From the IMG/VR virus record IMGVR_UViG_3300035208_007487: a DNA stretch of 64,000 nt. The stretch is one strand, 5' to 3'. This DNA comes from a virus (lineage: Duplodnaviria; Caudoviricetes). Below the pieces are notes generated by a model. It was not told where the DNA came from, made no database searches, and saw only the letters and a list, made by a program, of their open reading frames with translations. Shown piece after piece: positions 30,089 through 40,409 of this stretch. Each line of letters begins with the position of its first letter. Position 1 is the stretch's first letter. Both the position numbers and the translations under genes were made by a program.

Positions 30089-32647
30089 ATGGCTAGTACG
30101 ATTGTTAGTGAAAATTTTGCAGACTTAATAGATGAATTTGATATAAATACTGGGGTTTCAACTACTTCATCTGGAGCTAGCTGGAAAATTCTATTTAATG
30201 ATACTATAGGATCAGTAATAAATTCCTCGATTTATTCTACTCCAAACGTTTATGGTAATCATTTAACATACGATTCTTCATTAAAATTATATGGAAGCAA
30301 TGTAGCTGAGACTTATGAAGCATCTCCAATATATACAAACCCTGGATTAACATCTTTAAAATATAATGGATCGGTAACTAATTTAAGCTCTTTTAAAGTA
30401 ACAATAGATTCAATACCAAATAGTACTAATCAATATTACAGAAGCTATGACTTATTTGAAGAAATATCTAATGAATTTTTAGAAGATAATTATCAATTTG
30501 AAAACACTTTCATTGGTCTAAGTAATAGCACTATGAAAATTGGAGTTGTTATATTAAAACCACCTAGTAAATTAAAAATAAAAAATAAAAATCAATACAC
30601 TAATAACCTATTATCATTGGGGGCTATTGGTAAAACATCTGCATGTGATTTAGAAGATGTTTGCGAAGAATCATTAATATCTGAGAATGAAAGGATATTA
30701 GCTTTAGTGTATTGTAAGGATGGATTATATTACAATGCTAGTGGTGCTAGAATTAATTCATTTTCTGAACTAGCTGATGGATATGCTTTTAGATATTTTG
30801 GTAGTGGCACTATTACTGAATTAGATTTAAACAATATTGGTACCGATGGTAGAGTTATATTAGGAACTTTGCTTAGTAAATATACTAATACCAGATATTC
30901 TTCGCCCTTTATTAATACTAAATTAAATACAACTAATAATGTATTGAATACTTCATTTTATCCAACTAAGGATAAAAATTTAGTAATAAATTCATATTCA
31001 ATAAATTCAAATAATACTTTAATAATAAATGTTAGTCAAAAAATAATCAATAATAAATTACTATTATTATTCAACATAAGTAATGGCTTAAATGCTTATT
31101 CTTATTCATCGCTATTAATAACTTTAGATAACCCATCATTAGCATTAACACCTACTATAGAAGTAGTAGATTTTTCAGATAATCCAAGCTTAAGTATTTC
31201 TAGTGTTAATTTAACTTTTGATTCTTCAGCTACTTTAGACGATTCATATAATACTTATTTAAAAAAATATCCTGAGCCTATTGTTACTTTTTATATTAAT
31301 TCAATTCAAGTTGATTATACTGATATCATATTAACTTCATCAGAATCATTAACTGTTAAAATACAAAATATTGCAGTTAATTCAGCTATATATTATAATT
31401 TAACAGGCGCATCTACTCAAAATGGAGCTAGTGGAAATAATATTGTTACATTATCATTAAATACGCCGGGTTCATACACATTAAGTACATTAATTTCAGG
31501 TTGGACTTCTAGTATAACTAATTCAGAAACATTAGCATATAATTTTACAATATATGAGCAAGCACTTCCTCCAACTATTTCATATGTAATAAATGATTTA
31601 GGAAATAGTTTAACAAATACAACAGTTACTTTAAGTTCAACTGAAGATGTAGATATATATTTTAGTATTGATGGAAATATCCCAACTGATGATAATACAT
31701 TTAAATCTGTAAAATATAATAATGTGTGGCCTACTTTCACATTTGAGAGTGGAATTACTATCTATGCATATTCAAAAAATTCAACATATCTAACTAAAAG
31801 CACTGTAGTAAGTTTAGCTATACCAGTATCTAAAACCATTACAACAACTGAACCAATAATTACCGCAATAAAATCAAATGATAATTATTTAATAACTATT
31901 ACTGAATCAGACAGTAATACAATTGTTTATTATACACTAGATGGGTCAACTCCAACTAATAAATCAATAAAATATAATTCATCATTTGAAGTATGCCCTA
32001 TATTAGGTAAAACTTTAACAATTAAAGCTATTGCAATTAAGATAGGAGCTTTAGATTCAGCCATTGCCTCATTGTTATTAAATTTTGAATATTCATGTGC
32101 AAGTTGGATAAATGAAACTTCATCTAATCTAATAATAGAGAATGGGCAAATAAGTATTCCAAATAATTCATTATTAACTAAGCAGTTATCAACACTCAAA
32201 ACATATAAATTAAGTTTTAAAATATTAGATATAACTAATTTAATAAATCTAATAGTATGCCCAAGAGATTCATATGAAAATAAAAATAATTATACTGGAT
32301 CAATATTTACAAATATAACTCCTTATTTATCTGCAACATATACTGATGCAGATATTGCTATATTAAATTTAGGTGAATTATTTAATATGAATAATAAAGA
32401 TGATTATAAGAAATATGGAACATTTATTTGGAATAAAACAAATACCTTAACATTAACATATGAAATAGCTTATATTAATTCTACTTATACTCAAGTATTA
32501 ACAATATCTGATACTATTCATACATTAGCAAGTAATGTTTTATCAATATCTAAGGTATTAGATAATAGTCCATGCTTAATAGTTAATTCCATATTTGATA
32601 TTGATTCAACTATTACAATTGGTAATATTACTATGGAATGTAATTAA
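30089..32647 (+). CDS. Virion protein with repeated CHB_HEX_C/Fn3-associated Ig-like domains
   Basis: DIYFSIDGNIPT, IVYYTLDGSTPTNKSIKY...TIKAIAIK. Confidence 0.65.
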   Translation: MASTIVSENFADLIDEFDINTGVSTTSSGASWKILFNDTIGSVINSSIYSTPNVYGNHLTYDSSLKLYGSNVAETYEASPIYTNPGLTSLKYNGSVTNLSSFKVTIDSIPNSTNQYYRSYDLFEEISNEFLEDNYQFENTFIGLSNSTMKIGVVILKPPSKLKIKNKNQYTNNLLSLGAIGKTSACDLEDVCEESLISENERILALVYCKDGLYYNASGARINSFSELADGYAFRYFGSGTITELDLNNIGTDGRVILGTLLSKYTNTRYSSPFINTKLNTTNNVLNTSFYPTKDKNLVINSYSINSNNTLIINVSQKIINNKLLLLFNISNGLNAYSYSSLLITLDNPSLALTPTIEVVDFSDNPSLSISSVNLTFDSSATLDDSYNTYLKKYPEPIVTFYINSIQVDYTDIILTSSESLTVKIQNIAVNSAIYYNLTGASTQNGASGNNIVTLSLNTPGSYTLSTLISGWTSSITNSETLAYNFTIYEQALPPTISYVINDLGNSLTNTTVTLSSTEDVDIYFSIDGNIPTDDNTFKSVKYNNVWPTFTFESGITIYAYSKNSTYLTKSTVVSLAIPVSKTITTTEPIITAIKSNDNYLITITESDSNTIVYYTLDGSTPTNKSIKYNSSFEVCPILGKTLTIKAIAIKIGALDSAIASLLLNFEYSCASWINETSSNLIIENGQISIPNNSLLTKQLSTLKTYKLSFKILDITNLINLIVCPRDSYENKNNYTGSIFTNITPYLSATYTDADIAILNLGELFNMNNKDDYKKYGTFIWNKTNTLTLTYEIAYINSTYTQVLTISDTIHTLASNVLSISKVLDNSPCLIVNSIFDIDSTITIGNITMECN

Positions 32648-34935
32648 GTATTTTTACTAGTAATTGTTATATCATCTACTGATATATGAATTTGAGCAAT
32701 CTCATGAGGTATTGAGAAATTTGCAATATCTCCTTTATCTGTTATTAATTGCTTTGCACAATAATAATTTGTATCTTTTCTAAATTGAACAGCCCAATTA
32801 ACAAATGTAGTATATATATTTTCGGAAGTATCTGGGTTATTGAAATTAGAATTAAGTAGTATTTCTGTTAAATTACTAGGAGTATTGCTTAATTGAGTGT
32901 TTAATAATAATCTGCCCAAAGTTTCTTTAAATATATATTCAATAAAATTAGATACATTAGTTTCAGTCATTTTACTTGAATCAAATGTAGTGCTGCTGCC
33001 TTTGCAAAAATATTTTTGTAAATAATAAGAATAATTACTATAATCACTACCTAAACCAGAAAACAAAGTAGAATTACTTATTGGAGTATAGTAATTGCTT
33101 ACAATATTATCCATAGTTGGTATCATAATTCCATTAAAAATATCATAACTAGCGCTAGTTAAAGTTGAAATATAAACTGAATCATTAGGAATATCAGCGT
33201 ATGGTTCAAAATAAACGTGACACCCCACTATTCCCGTTTTTGCTTCAATTAATTTAACAATTTTTGAATTATATACTGAATCATTAAATTTAGAATTTTC
33301 TTTTAGATATGAATAAGCTTCTTGTTGTATTGTATTTGCTAAATTGGTTTTAGATACTATTGGAGTTGTATAAATTGTCATAGACATTTTATACTTATGA
33401 ACTTTAGGTGGTATATACAAATATCTACAAGTAAGTTGTCCTTTTTCTTTTAATACTTTATATACAGAATCTAATTCAGATCCACTTTCTACATCTTGAT
33501 TAGCCAATCTAAAACAAGATCCAAATGTTTCAACATAATAATTATATTTTTCTTGATCATCTAATTCATTTCCATTATATGTTAAATCAAATTGGCTAGC
33601 CACATCCAATTGAATGCTACTAGATTTATCTTGGATACTTCTTACCATATCAATAGTTTTAAGCCCACTAAACAAATAATCAACTGGTTCAGCGCAATAT
33701 AGGTCACTTGATGATGAATCAGATACATATATATTTTTTAAAACCGTATATAATATAACATTAGAATATCTAAAATCACCAATAGCAATAGAATCTTCAC
33801 CATATGCCATAGCGTATTTTACATTATCACAATCAGTCTTAAGACCTACAATATGATCATCATTATCAACATATCTTTTTCCAGATGCAATAGCCATCGG
33901 TGCATATGTTTTAACTGATTCAATTGACTCAATTTCATCACCACCTACCGGGCTATATTTTAAAAATAAATCAATATTATCTTTATTAATACTATCAGAT
34001 GGTTGAAATATTATGCTTTCAGACCCAGAATATTTTATTTCAGAATCTTTGGCATTATATACATTTCCTTTAGATCCCAATGTTGACAAATATCTAATAG
34101 TAATAGTTCCTCTAGGTATTTCGGATATAATTCCATCTCCGAATCTTATTTCAATATTACCATTATTAATAGTTCTTATTAAACATTTCTTATTTCTACT
34201 TTCAACCAATACTCCATTATCAATATAAGGAGAAGTATTACTATTTTCAGTATATAGAGTGTATTTACTTATTTCATAATATTCACCATCTACGCAAACT
34301 GTGGTTAATCTATTTTCTAAATTATCATCATCTATTAATAAATCATCTTCTCCAAAATAATTTGAAAAAGTAGGATCATTAAAGTTAAATGTTTGAAATT
34401 TCTTTTTTTCGTCAGCTAAAAATGTTCTAGTTTTGAAAGTACCTTGAACTAATTCTGCACCTGAATCTGGTTCAGTTACCGTTCCATTATAATCCCAAGT
34501 AAAAGTATAATCATCTAAGCTAACATAATTTATACCAGAATATTGAAAATCTCCAAACTTTGGAAAGATCATTGATCCATTATATGAAGAAACAGTTCCA
34601 TTAACTTCAACTCTAAATTCTGTTTTAGCTGAAGTTGGGCGTCTAATTGAATAACCTTGTGAATTAGCTCCTGATATAATTGAACTATAATTTTGAGCAG
34701 ATAATAAAAAAGCTTCTCTAAATTGTGCTTCTAAATATTTCCACTCAACATTTAAAGATGATGCAAATATTTCAGCTACTCGTCTACCTAATGATGATCT
34801 ATAAAAATCTTGAAGATTATTTGATTTTAATTTAATAATTCTGCCAAGTTCATATGTAATTTGCTCAAAAGATATTTTTGAATAATCAGTATAGTTATTA
34901 GTAAATGTTAATATTTCGCTAGAAAAAGTAGCCAT
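32644..34935 (-). CDS. gp6: Baseplate wedge subunit, T4 gp6-like
   Basis: SAQNYSSIISGANSQGYSIRR, IEIRFGDGIISEIP...IRYLSTLG, GGDEIESIESVKTYAP...RYVDNDD. Confidence 0.88.
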   Translation of the reverse strand: MATFSSEILTFTNNYTDYSKISFEQITYELGRIIKLKSNNLQDFYRSSLGRRVAEIFASSLNVEWKYLEAQFREAFLLSAQNYSSIISGANSQGYSIRRPTSAKTEFRVEVNGTVSSYNGSMIFPKFGDFQYSGINYVSLDDYTFTWDYNGTVTEPDSGAELVQGTFKTRTFLADEKKKFQTFNFNDPTFSNYFGEDDLLIDDDNLENRLTTVCVDGEYYEISKYTLYTENSNTSPYIDNGVLVESRNKKCLIRTINNGNIEIRFGDGIISEIPRGTITIRYLSTLGSKGNVYNAKDSEIKYSGSESIIFQPSDSINKDNIDLFLKYSPVGGDEIESIESVKTYAPMAIASGKRYVDNDDHIVGLKTDCDNVKYAMAYGEDSIAIGDFRYSNVILYTVLKNIYVSDSSSSDLYCAEPVDYLFSGLKTIDMVRSIQDKSSSIQLDVASQFDLTYNGNELDDQEKYNYYVETFGSCFRLANQDVESGSELDSVYKVLKEKGQLTCRYLYIPPKVHKYKMSMTIYTTPIVSKTNLANTIQQEAYSYLKENSKFNDSVYNSKIVKLIEAKTGIVGCHVYFEPYADIPNDSVYISTLTSASYDIFNGIMIPTMDNIVSNYYTPISNSTLFSGLGSDYSNYSYYLQKYFCKGSSTTFDSSKMTETNVSNFIEYIFKETLGRLLLNTQLSNTPSNLTEILLNSNFNNPDTSENIYTTFVNWAVQFRKDTNYYCAKQLITDKGDIANFSIPHEIAQIHISVDDITITSKNT

Positions 34936-34956
34936 AGATAATATTTAGTTAATATA

Positions 34957-36783
34957 CTAATTTGATTTAGTGAACCTAGTTAATTCTTTATTAAGCAATA
35001 CTAAATTAGCTTGTTCATTAGTTAATAGTGTATTTTTTTCAGTATGACTTGCAAATAATGCTTGAAGTATTAATAATGCAGCAGCCACTACTGGCATAGT
35101 GATTGCTAATACTGCTAATTGAGTGTTTGTTAAATTAAAATCAAAAATACCGTAAGAAGATACTTCACCCTCTATTTGATTTATTTCATATTCTAATTTT
35201 TTAATTCTATATTTTGCCCTATTTACCGCAGCTAATTTAATATCATAGAATAAGTCAGTACCGTATGGAATATATTCGTAAATTGAAGACAATAAATCTA
35301 CACTATCCCCATCTTCTTCTAACATAGTTTCTATTTTATAATATGTTTTATTATAGCTTCTAGTTTTACTGTTATATAAAGCTTTTACATCAGATCTTTT
35401 TACATATTCGCTATCTTCATCTGAATAAAAATTATCAGTAATTATTTGATGTAACTCTAATAATTGAGCAAAATTAGTAGCATCAGAGCTAGTTATACTT
35501 TCATAAACATCATCTGTTGATGAATAATCAATTGATGTAGAAGCCTTAATTGCTTTATAATTAGCATATGCGTATGCTACATCAGAATCTAATTGGCTTT
35601 GCTTATTTGCAAAAAAGGCATCTGGATCATTAGCGGCAGAAGTCTCATCTGTAGTATAATTAGGAGTATCTGAAGTTCTGTTTCTAATTAAAGTTGCTTC
35701 TTCTGTTCTTCTAGTTTTATATCTATCTAAATCAGTGGCTCCATCTGCTTCAATAGCTGTAGCTAATTCATTATATGACTTACTTTTAGCTAATTTAGCA
35801 ACAGGATCTACTTCATCCTTTAAAATATCCGCATCATTTAAATTCTTATCAAAAATAAACGACATTAATGCAGTATTTACTTCGATTGGATTATCTGATA
35901 ATTCAATACCATAGTTATTTTTTAATCTACTTTTCCCTTCATACAATATTTGAGTTAATAAATTATCACAATTATCTTGACTTAATGTAAAATTTGAATA
36001 TTTAGTTACATAATCATTAGCTGCACTATCATCTAAACCTAAAGCACCTAATAAAATATTACTTTGATCATCAGTTAATCCGGCTTTAGTAAATATTGAT
36101 TTGAAATAGGATTGGCTAGTTGAATTATTATCATATTCAGATAATATTATTTCGTTTCCAATTGCAATAGCTAATGCAGTGCTAGTAGCAGTTGTTGTTA
36201 CTTTCTTTGATGAATCTAATGAAGTAGTTGTTTGAGAAAAAGCTAAATTAGATAGTAAATTAATTAACTTGCTCTTTCTATCTGAACTTAAACTCGTAGT
36301 TTTTATATAAGCTATTAATCCATTAGCATTATTATTACAAATGTAAGTCATCCCATGTTGATAAAATACACTATAAATACCAAACATTGATAAATCAAAT
36401 GCAGCAGTTCTTAATGCATTAGGTAATGTTAAGAAACTAGAGCAATCTCCCTTAATAGTAGGATATACTGAATTATAATAATTATTCATAATTATTTTAT
36501 AATCAGTTACACTTAATCTACCAAAGGATGATTTATAAGTATTTACCCAAGCTCTTGCACTATTTCCAATCAATCCATCTGCACTCTTTAATAATGCTTG
36601 TTGTGCAGTATTAGTCATTCCTTTTAATTTTTCAGTTGAGCCTGATTTTACATCAATACCTGATGCAATAGTCACGCCACTTGTAGAACTTTTAGGAGGA
36701 ACATATGGGTATAATTCATATCCCTCGGTTCGTTTAATAAAAGCAGTATCAAAAATACCAGCATTAAAGAAATTAGTGCTCAT
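34957..36783 (-). CDS. Pesticin-type (T4-lysozyme-fold) muramidase with duplicated domain and C-terminal hydrophobic helix
   Basis: FIKRTEG...YVP...SGVTIASGID (E/T/D intact); second copy ends RRTEEATLI; C-terminal LAVLAITMPVVAAALLILQALFA. Confidence 0.75.
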   Translation of the reverse strand: MSTNFFNAGIFDTAFIKRTEGYELYPYVPPKSSTSGVTIASGIDVKSGSTEKLKGMTNTAQQALLKSADGLIGNSARAWVNTYKSSFGRLSVTDYKIIMNNYYNSVYPTIKGDCSSFLTLPNALRTAAFDLSMFGIYSVFYQHGMTYICNNNANGLIAYIKTTSLSSDRKSKLINLLSNLAFSQTTTSLDSSKKVTTTATSTALAIAIGNEIILSEYDNNSTSQSYFKSIFTKAGLTDDQSNILLGALGLDDSAANDYVTKYSNFTLSQDNCDNLLTQILYEGKSRLKNNYGIELSDNPIEVNTALMSFIFDKNLNDADILKDEVDPVAKLAKSKSYNELATAIEADGATDLDRYKTRRTEEATLIRNRTSDTPNYTTDETSAANDPDAFFANKQSQLDSDVAYAYANYKAIKASTSIDYSSTDDVYESITSSDATNFAQLLELHQIITDNFYSDEDSEYVKRSDVKALYNSKTRSYNKTYYKIETMLEEDGDSVDLLSSIYEYIPYGTDLFYDIKLAAVNRAKYRIKKLEYEINQIEGEVSSYGIFDFNLTNTQLAVLAITMPVVAAALLILQALFASHTEKNTLLTNEQANLVLLNKELTRFTKSN

Positions 36784-38141
36784 TAATATCCTTCCACTGT
36801 AAAGAATGTACCATTAAATGATCTAACATTTTTTATAAAACTAATATCAACATATTTTTCCATTTCAGCTTTATTTGTTAAAACTGAACTGAAAGCATTA
36901 CTATATGCTGTTTCAATTGCATCAGCAATTTTAGTTAAATAACTATTTGCATCTATTAAAGGATTCATCCACCAACAAGTTCTATTTAATTTCAATTCAT
37001 TAAATAATTCTTCAATTCTATTTTTTAAACCTCCACATAAATAGTCATTACAGTCGTTTAGAGAGTCACAAATAATTAGCACGTCAACTATAGAGTATTT
37101 TCTTCTACGTATTATATTGTCCTCATAGTTGTGTGCATAGCCCTTTGGTGGAAACAACCACCCTATTAAAGCATTAACAACTACTCCAAGATATCTAGAA
37201 CGAGTATGCAATAAGTTATTGTAGATAGAATTAAGCCTAATTAATGGTGATAATATTTTTTCAGTTACTGATGCAATAGCATATTGAGTATATGCTTTCA
37301 TTAATTTATATCCATATACTGCATTTTGAACAGGTGAACTATTATATATTTCATTTAATACTTTAGTTTTTTTATTGTTTATACTATCTGCTAAATTTAA
37401 GGCTACTTTTAAAAAAGCATTAACTTCTTGAATTGAATCAAAATGAATTACAGTATCCGTACTGTTTATTGAGCCTAAATCGTATAACATTTGCTTAATT
37501 GTAGAATTAGATACCATTAGATTAAACATAGAAACGATAGGTCCGGCTATTATCTCGCATCGTTCACTCCAAACAGTAACCCCTTTCATGAAATTTAAAA
37601 AATCAGGAGCTTTAATATTATCCAATAAACTTTTAAATTTTTCAATAGCAGCTTCAAAACATGAAAATAATTTATTAACTAAATTTTTAATAATTTCTAA
37701 TATTTTTGCAATATACATATAAATTAATGCTAATATTTTCTTAACAAGATATACTAAGCTTTCTATTAAATTAATTAATATATTAAACATTGGAGCTAAT
37801 ATTGTGCAATAATAACTCTGCCCAAATTTTTCTTTAACATTAGCTAATGATCCTGTTTTATTTTTAAGCATATCAACTGCTGAAGTAAATTTACTAATAT
37901 ATCTATTTGAAAATGCATTTTTAGTAAATCTACTTAAAGTATCTTGAATACTTGGATTACAATCACCTATTCCAACAAAATCTAAACCTTCATCTACGAA
38001 TTGAGTGCATCTTTGATATGTTAATGATTCACTAAATTTTTGAACATTTTCAATATATGAAGGCAATCCAGTTTTTGTACCATTTGCATTAGTACCAATA
38101 ATCCAATTAGCGCCCTTAGATACTAAATCAAATATAGCCAT
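36783..38141 (-). CDS. Hypothetical helical protein in the baseplate hub cluster
   Basis: 452 aa with amphipathic helices and several Cys; TATAAATA-N6-ATG. Confidence 0.6.
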   Translation of the reverse strand: MAIFDLVSKGANWIIGTNANGTKTGLPSYIENVQKFSESLTYQRCTQFVDEGLDFVGIGDCNPSIQDTLSRFTKNAFSNRYISKFTSAVDMLKNKTGSLANVKEKFGQSYYCTILAPMFNILINLIESLVYLVKKILALIYMYIAKILEIIKNLVNKLFSCFEAAIEKFKSLLDNIKAPDFLNFMKGVTVWSERCEIIAGPIVSMFNLMVSNSTIKQMLYDLGSINSTDTVIHFDSIQEVNAFLKVALNLADSINNKKTKVLNEIYNSSPVQNAVYGYKLMKAYTQYAIASVTEKILSPLIRLNSIYNNLLHTRSRYLGVVVNALIGWLFPPKGYAHNYEDNIIRRRKYSIVDVLIICDSLNDCNDYLCGGLKNRIEELFNELKLNRTCWWMNPLIDANSYLTKIADAIETAYSNAFSSVLTNKAEMEKYVDISFIKNVRSFNGTFFTVEGY

Positions 38142-38160
38142 TAATAGTATTTATAAGTAA

Positions 38161-38808
38161 TTATACTACTCTATCACCTACTAATAATACTGGACCTGCT
38201 CCAGTTGGATGAGCTACCGGCGTCCCTCCTCCTAATGATGTTAAATATGGGCAAAACGCGGCATCTGTTACACAACTATGCGGCATAGATAAAGTATCTC
38301 CATTTTTTACAATCGTAAAACTTCCATCCTTTTGAAACGTAATGGAAGTTCCACTTGAATGACTAAATGTGCATTCGCCGGATTTTGTATTATCTTTTAA
38401 TATAGTTCCATCGTTTGATTTATATAATATATTAGTGTGTGGATAATCGTCGTTAACTTCATGTGGATAAAATTTTCCACTGTTATCTATTCCTGGAGTA
38501 TGCCACACTGGACAATGCACATCACCATCTCTAAAAGTTACAAATACTTGAGTTCCAGCTTTAGGAATTTGTAAAGTTTGACTAGGAGCGGGTTCAGCCC
38601 AAGGTTGATCTTTTAATGGTAAATCATCAGTAATTCCAATTACACTAACCTTAATCCAACCTTTATTTTTTTTATCAATACATCTAGTTACAATAGCGTC
38701 ATAATATCCTTCTCCTAATGACATTAAAGATTTAGGATATATTTCATCTCTAAGTGAATTAATATTATCTGAATTAATCTTTTTTTGTGCATCTATTTGA
38801 TTACTCAT
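38161..38808 (-). CDS. gp5: Baseplate central spike, gp5/gpV-like (OB fold plus short beta-helix, no lysozyme)
   Basis: YDAIVTRCID..KGWIKVSVIG...PWAEP...IPKAGTQVFVTFRDGDVHCPVW; HSSGTSITFQKDG. Confidence 0.85.
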   Translation of the reverse strand: MSNQIDAQKKINSDNINSLRDEIYPKSLMSLGEGYYDAIVTRCIDKKNKGWIKVSVIGITDDLPLKDQPWAEPAPSQTLQIPKAGTQVFVTFRDGDVHCPVWHTPGIDNSGKFYPHEVNDDYPHTNILYKSNDGTILKDNTKSGECTFSHSSGTSITFQKDGSFTIVKNGDTLSMPHSCVTDAAFCPYLTSLGGGTPVAHPTGAGPVLLVGDRVV

Positions 38809-40061
38809 TTTATTCTATCCTTTGATATTCCAAATGCGGTTAAATAAGAATCTGCATTTTCTATGAAATTAGATGATTTAACTAATTCAATTGATGATTC
38901 AAATCTAGCTCCATTACCAAAGTAATAATTTTTTGCGGTAACAAAATATTTTCCAGATAGTGCTTTTGAAAAAGTAACTTGAGCTACATCTGCTGACATT
39001 GTTCCAATAGTTGGTACTAATACATTTACGGCATCTCCAATACTTATAACACTTTCTCCACATTCAAATAATTCTAATTTATGAGAATATTTTCCATATA
39101 CAGAACTTCTCACTTTAGGAGCTATTCCGTAATATTCATGAGTGTTTGGATTAGCCTTTGTTGTTACATCTATAGAAGGCAGAACACCATCAATCATACC
39201 TGTTTTTTGATGTGTATCTGTTTGCGATCCAGGTGTTACACCGGAAGTTGATGAAGTTTTTTTATTTTTTTTACCAGGAGGAGTAATTCCAGTAAATCCT
39301 TGTGTGCCTAATAATGAACCAATTGCTGCACTATTAGTAGTATTAAAATCATAATAACTTAATGTATTATAATTACCATCTTTACTTGTTTTATTTACGA
39401 TATCTTTTTTATTTTTTCCATACTCTAGTAAATATGAAGTTTGATTATTTAATTCATCACCAATAGCTCCTATTTTTATTGTACCATCTAATTTATAAGC
39501 TAAGTATAGCGCATCATCTGATGATACATATGAATGAGCTAATATTGAGTCAAGAGCAATTGCAAAATTCTTATTAACAATTAACCATTTCATAATATCG
39601 TTAGTGTTAACAGTATTGGTAGAAATATTTAAAGTTATTCCTAATCCGTCACATAATTTTTTTATTGTATGAATTGAATCATTATATATAGCTTGCCCTT
39701 TTAATAAAGCTAAATATGACATATTCTCTCCACAGGTAATAAATTCTATTACATAAGTAGAAAACATATTAGCTTCTTTATGTGAATTAAAATGTTTAAC
39801 AATAGTTCCATGTATTACTTTAGTAGTATCTTCAGTGAGATCACTACCATCTGATTTTTCAAATGAAGATATTGTTATTGTAATTTCTAAATTAGATGGT
39901 AAATTTAAAAAATCATCAATTGCAGTAGATGGGGTCTTAATCACTAGTCTACCATTTGGTAAATTACCTAAACTTTCTCTACAACTACATGCAAGAATAG
40001 CATTGCTAGTTAATGTTACACCTTTAGCAGTGCCTAATTTAGCAGTACAAGTTGATATCAT
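38805..40061 (-). CDS. Baseplate hub protein, gp27-like
   Basis: Between gp53-like and gp5-like genes; C-terminal ISIGDAVNV...LSGKYFVTAKNYYF...SSIELVK. Confidence 0.65.
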   Translation of the reverse strand: MISTCTAKLGTAKGVTLTSNAILACSCRESLGNLPNGRLVIKTPSTAIDDFLNLPSNLEITITISSFEKSDGSDLTEDTTKVIHGTIVKHFNSHKEANMFSTYVIEFITCGENMSYLALLKGQAIYNDSIHTIKKLCDGLGITLNISTNTVNTNDIMKWLIVNKNFAIALDSILAHSYVSSDDALYLAYKLDGTIKIGAIGDELNNQTSYLLEYGKNKKDIVNKTSKDGNYNTLSYYDFNTTNSAAIGSLLGTQGFTGITPPGKKNKKTSSTSGVTPGSQTDTHQKTGMIDGVLPSIDVTTKANPNTHEYYGIAPKVRSSVYGKYSHKLELFECGESVISIGDAVNVLVPTIGTMSADVAQVTFSKALSGKYFVTAKNYYFGNGARFESSIELVKSSNFIENADSYLTAFGISKDRIK

Positions 40062-40409
40062 TTAAGCTCCCTTTATTGTATTTAGATGAGTATTAATGTC
40101 ATCTAAAGTGGGGATTATTATACTTCTATCATAATAAAGATCGGTAACAATGTTTTTATCAAAGGCATCATATTTACTTCTTCTTAATGTTAAAGATGCT
40201 TTAAATGAATATCTTAAATTATTAGCTCTACAAATAGCCCACCAATATTCATCAGTTGCATAGAATAATAAAGACACTTTATCAGGTCTAGCTACATAAT
40301 CTTTAGTTATAGAAAATATAGCCATTGGCTCAGTAATTGAAAATTCAATTGAATCAGATAATAAGTCATATAACCCTTCATCTAGCATTGTTAAATATGT
40401 GGTATCCAT
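40062..40409 (-). CDS. gp53: Baseplate wedge LysM-like protein, gp53-like
   Basis: ARPDKVSLLFYATDEYWWAICRANNL...IIIP. Confidence 0.8.
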   Translation of the reverse strand: MDTTYLTMLDEGLYDLLSDSIEFSITEPMAIFSITKDYVARPDKVSLLFYATDEYWWAICRANNLRYSFKASLTLRRSKYDAFDKNIVTDLYYDRSIIIPTLDDINTHLNTIKGA

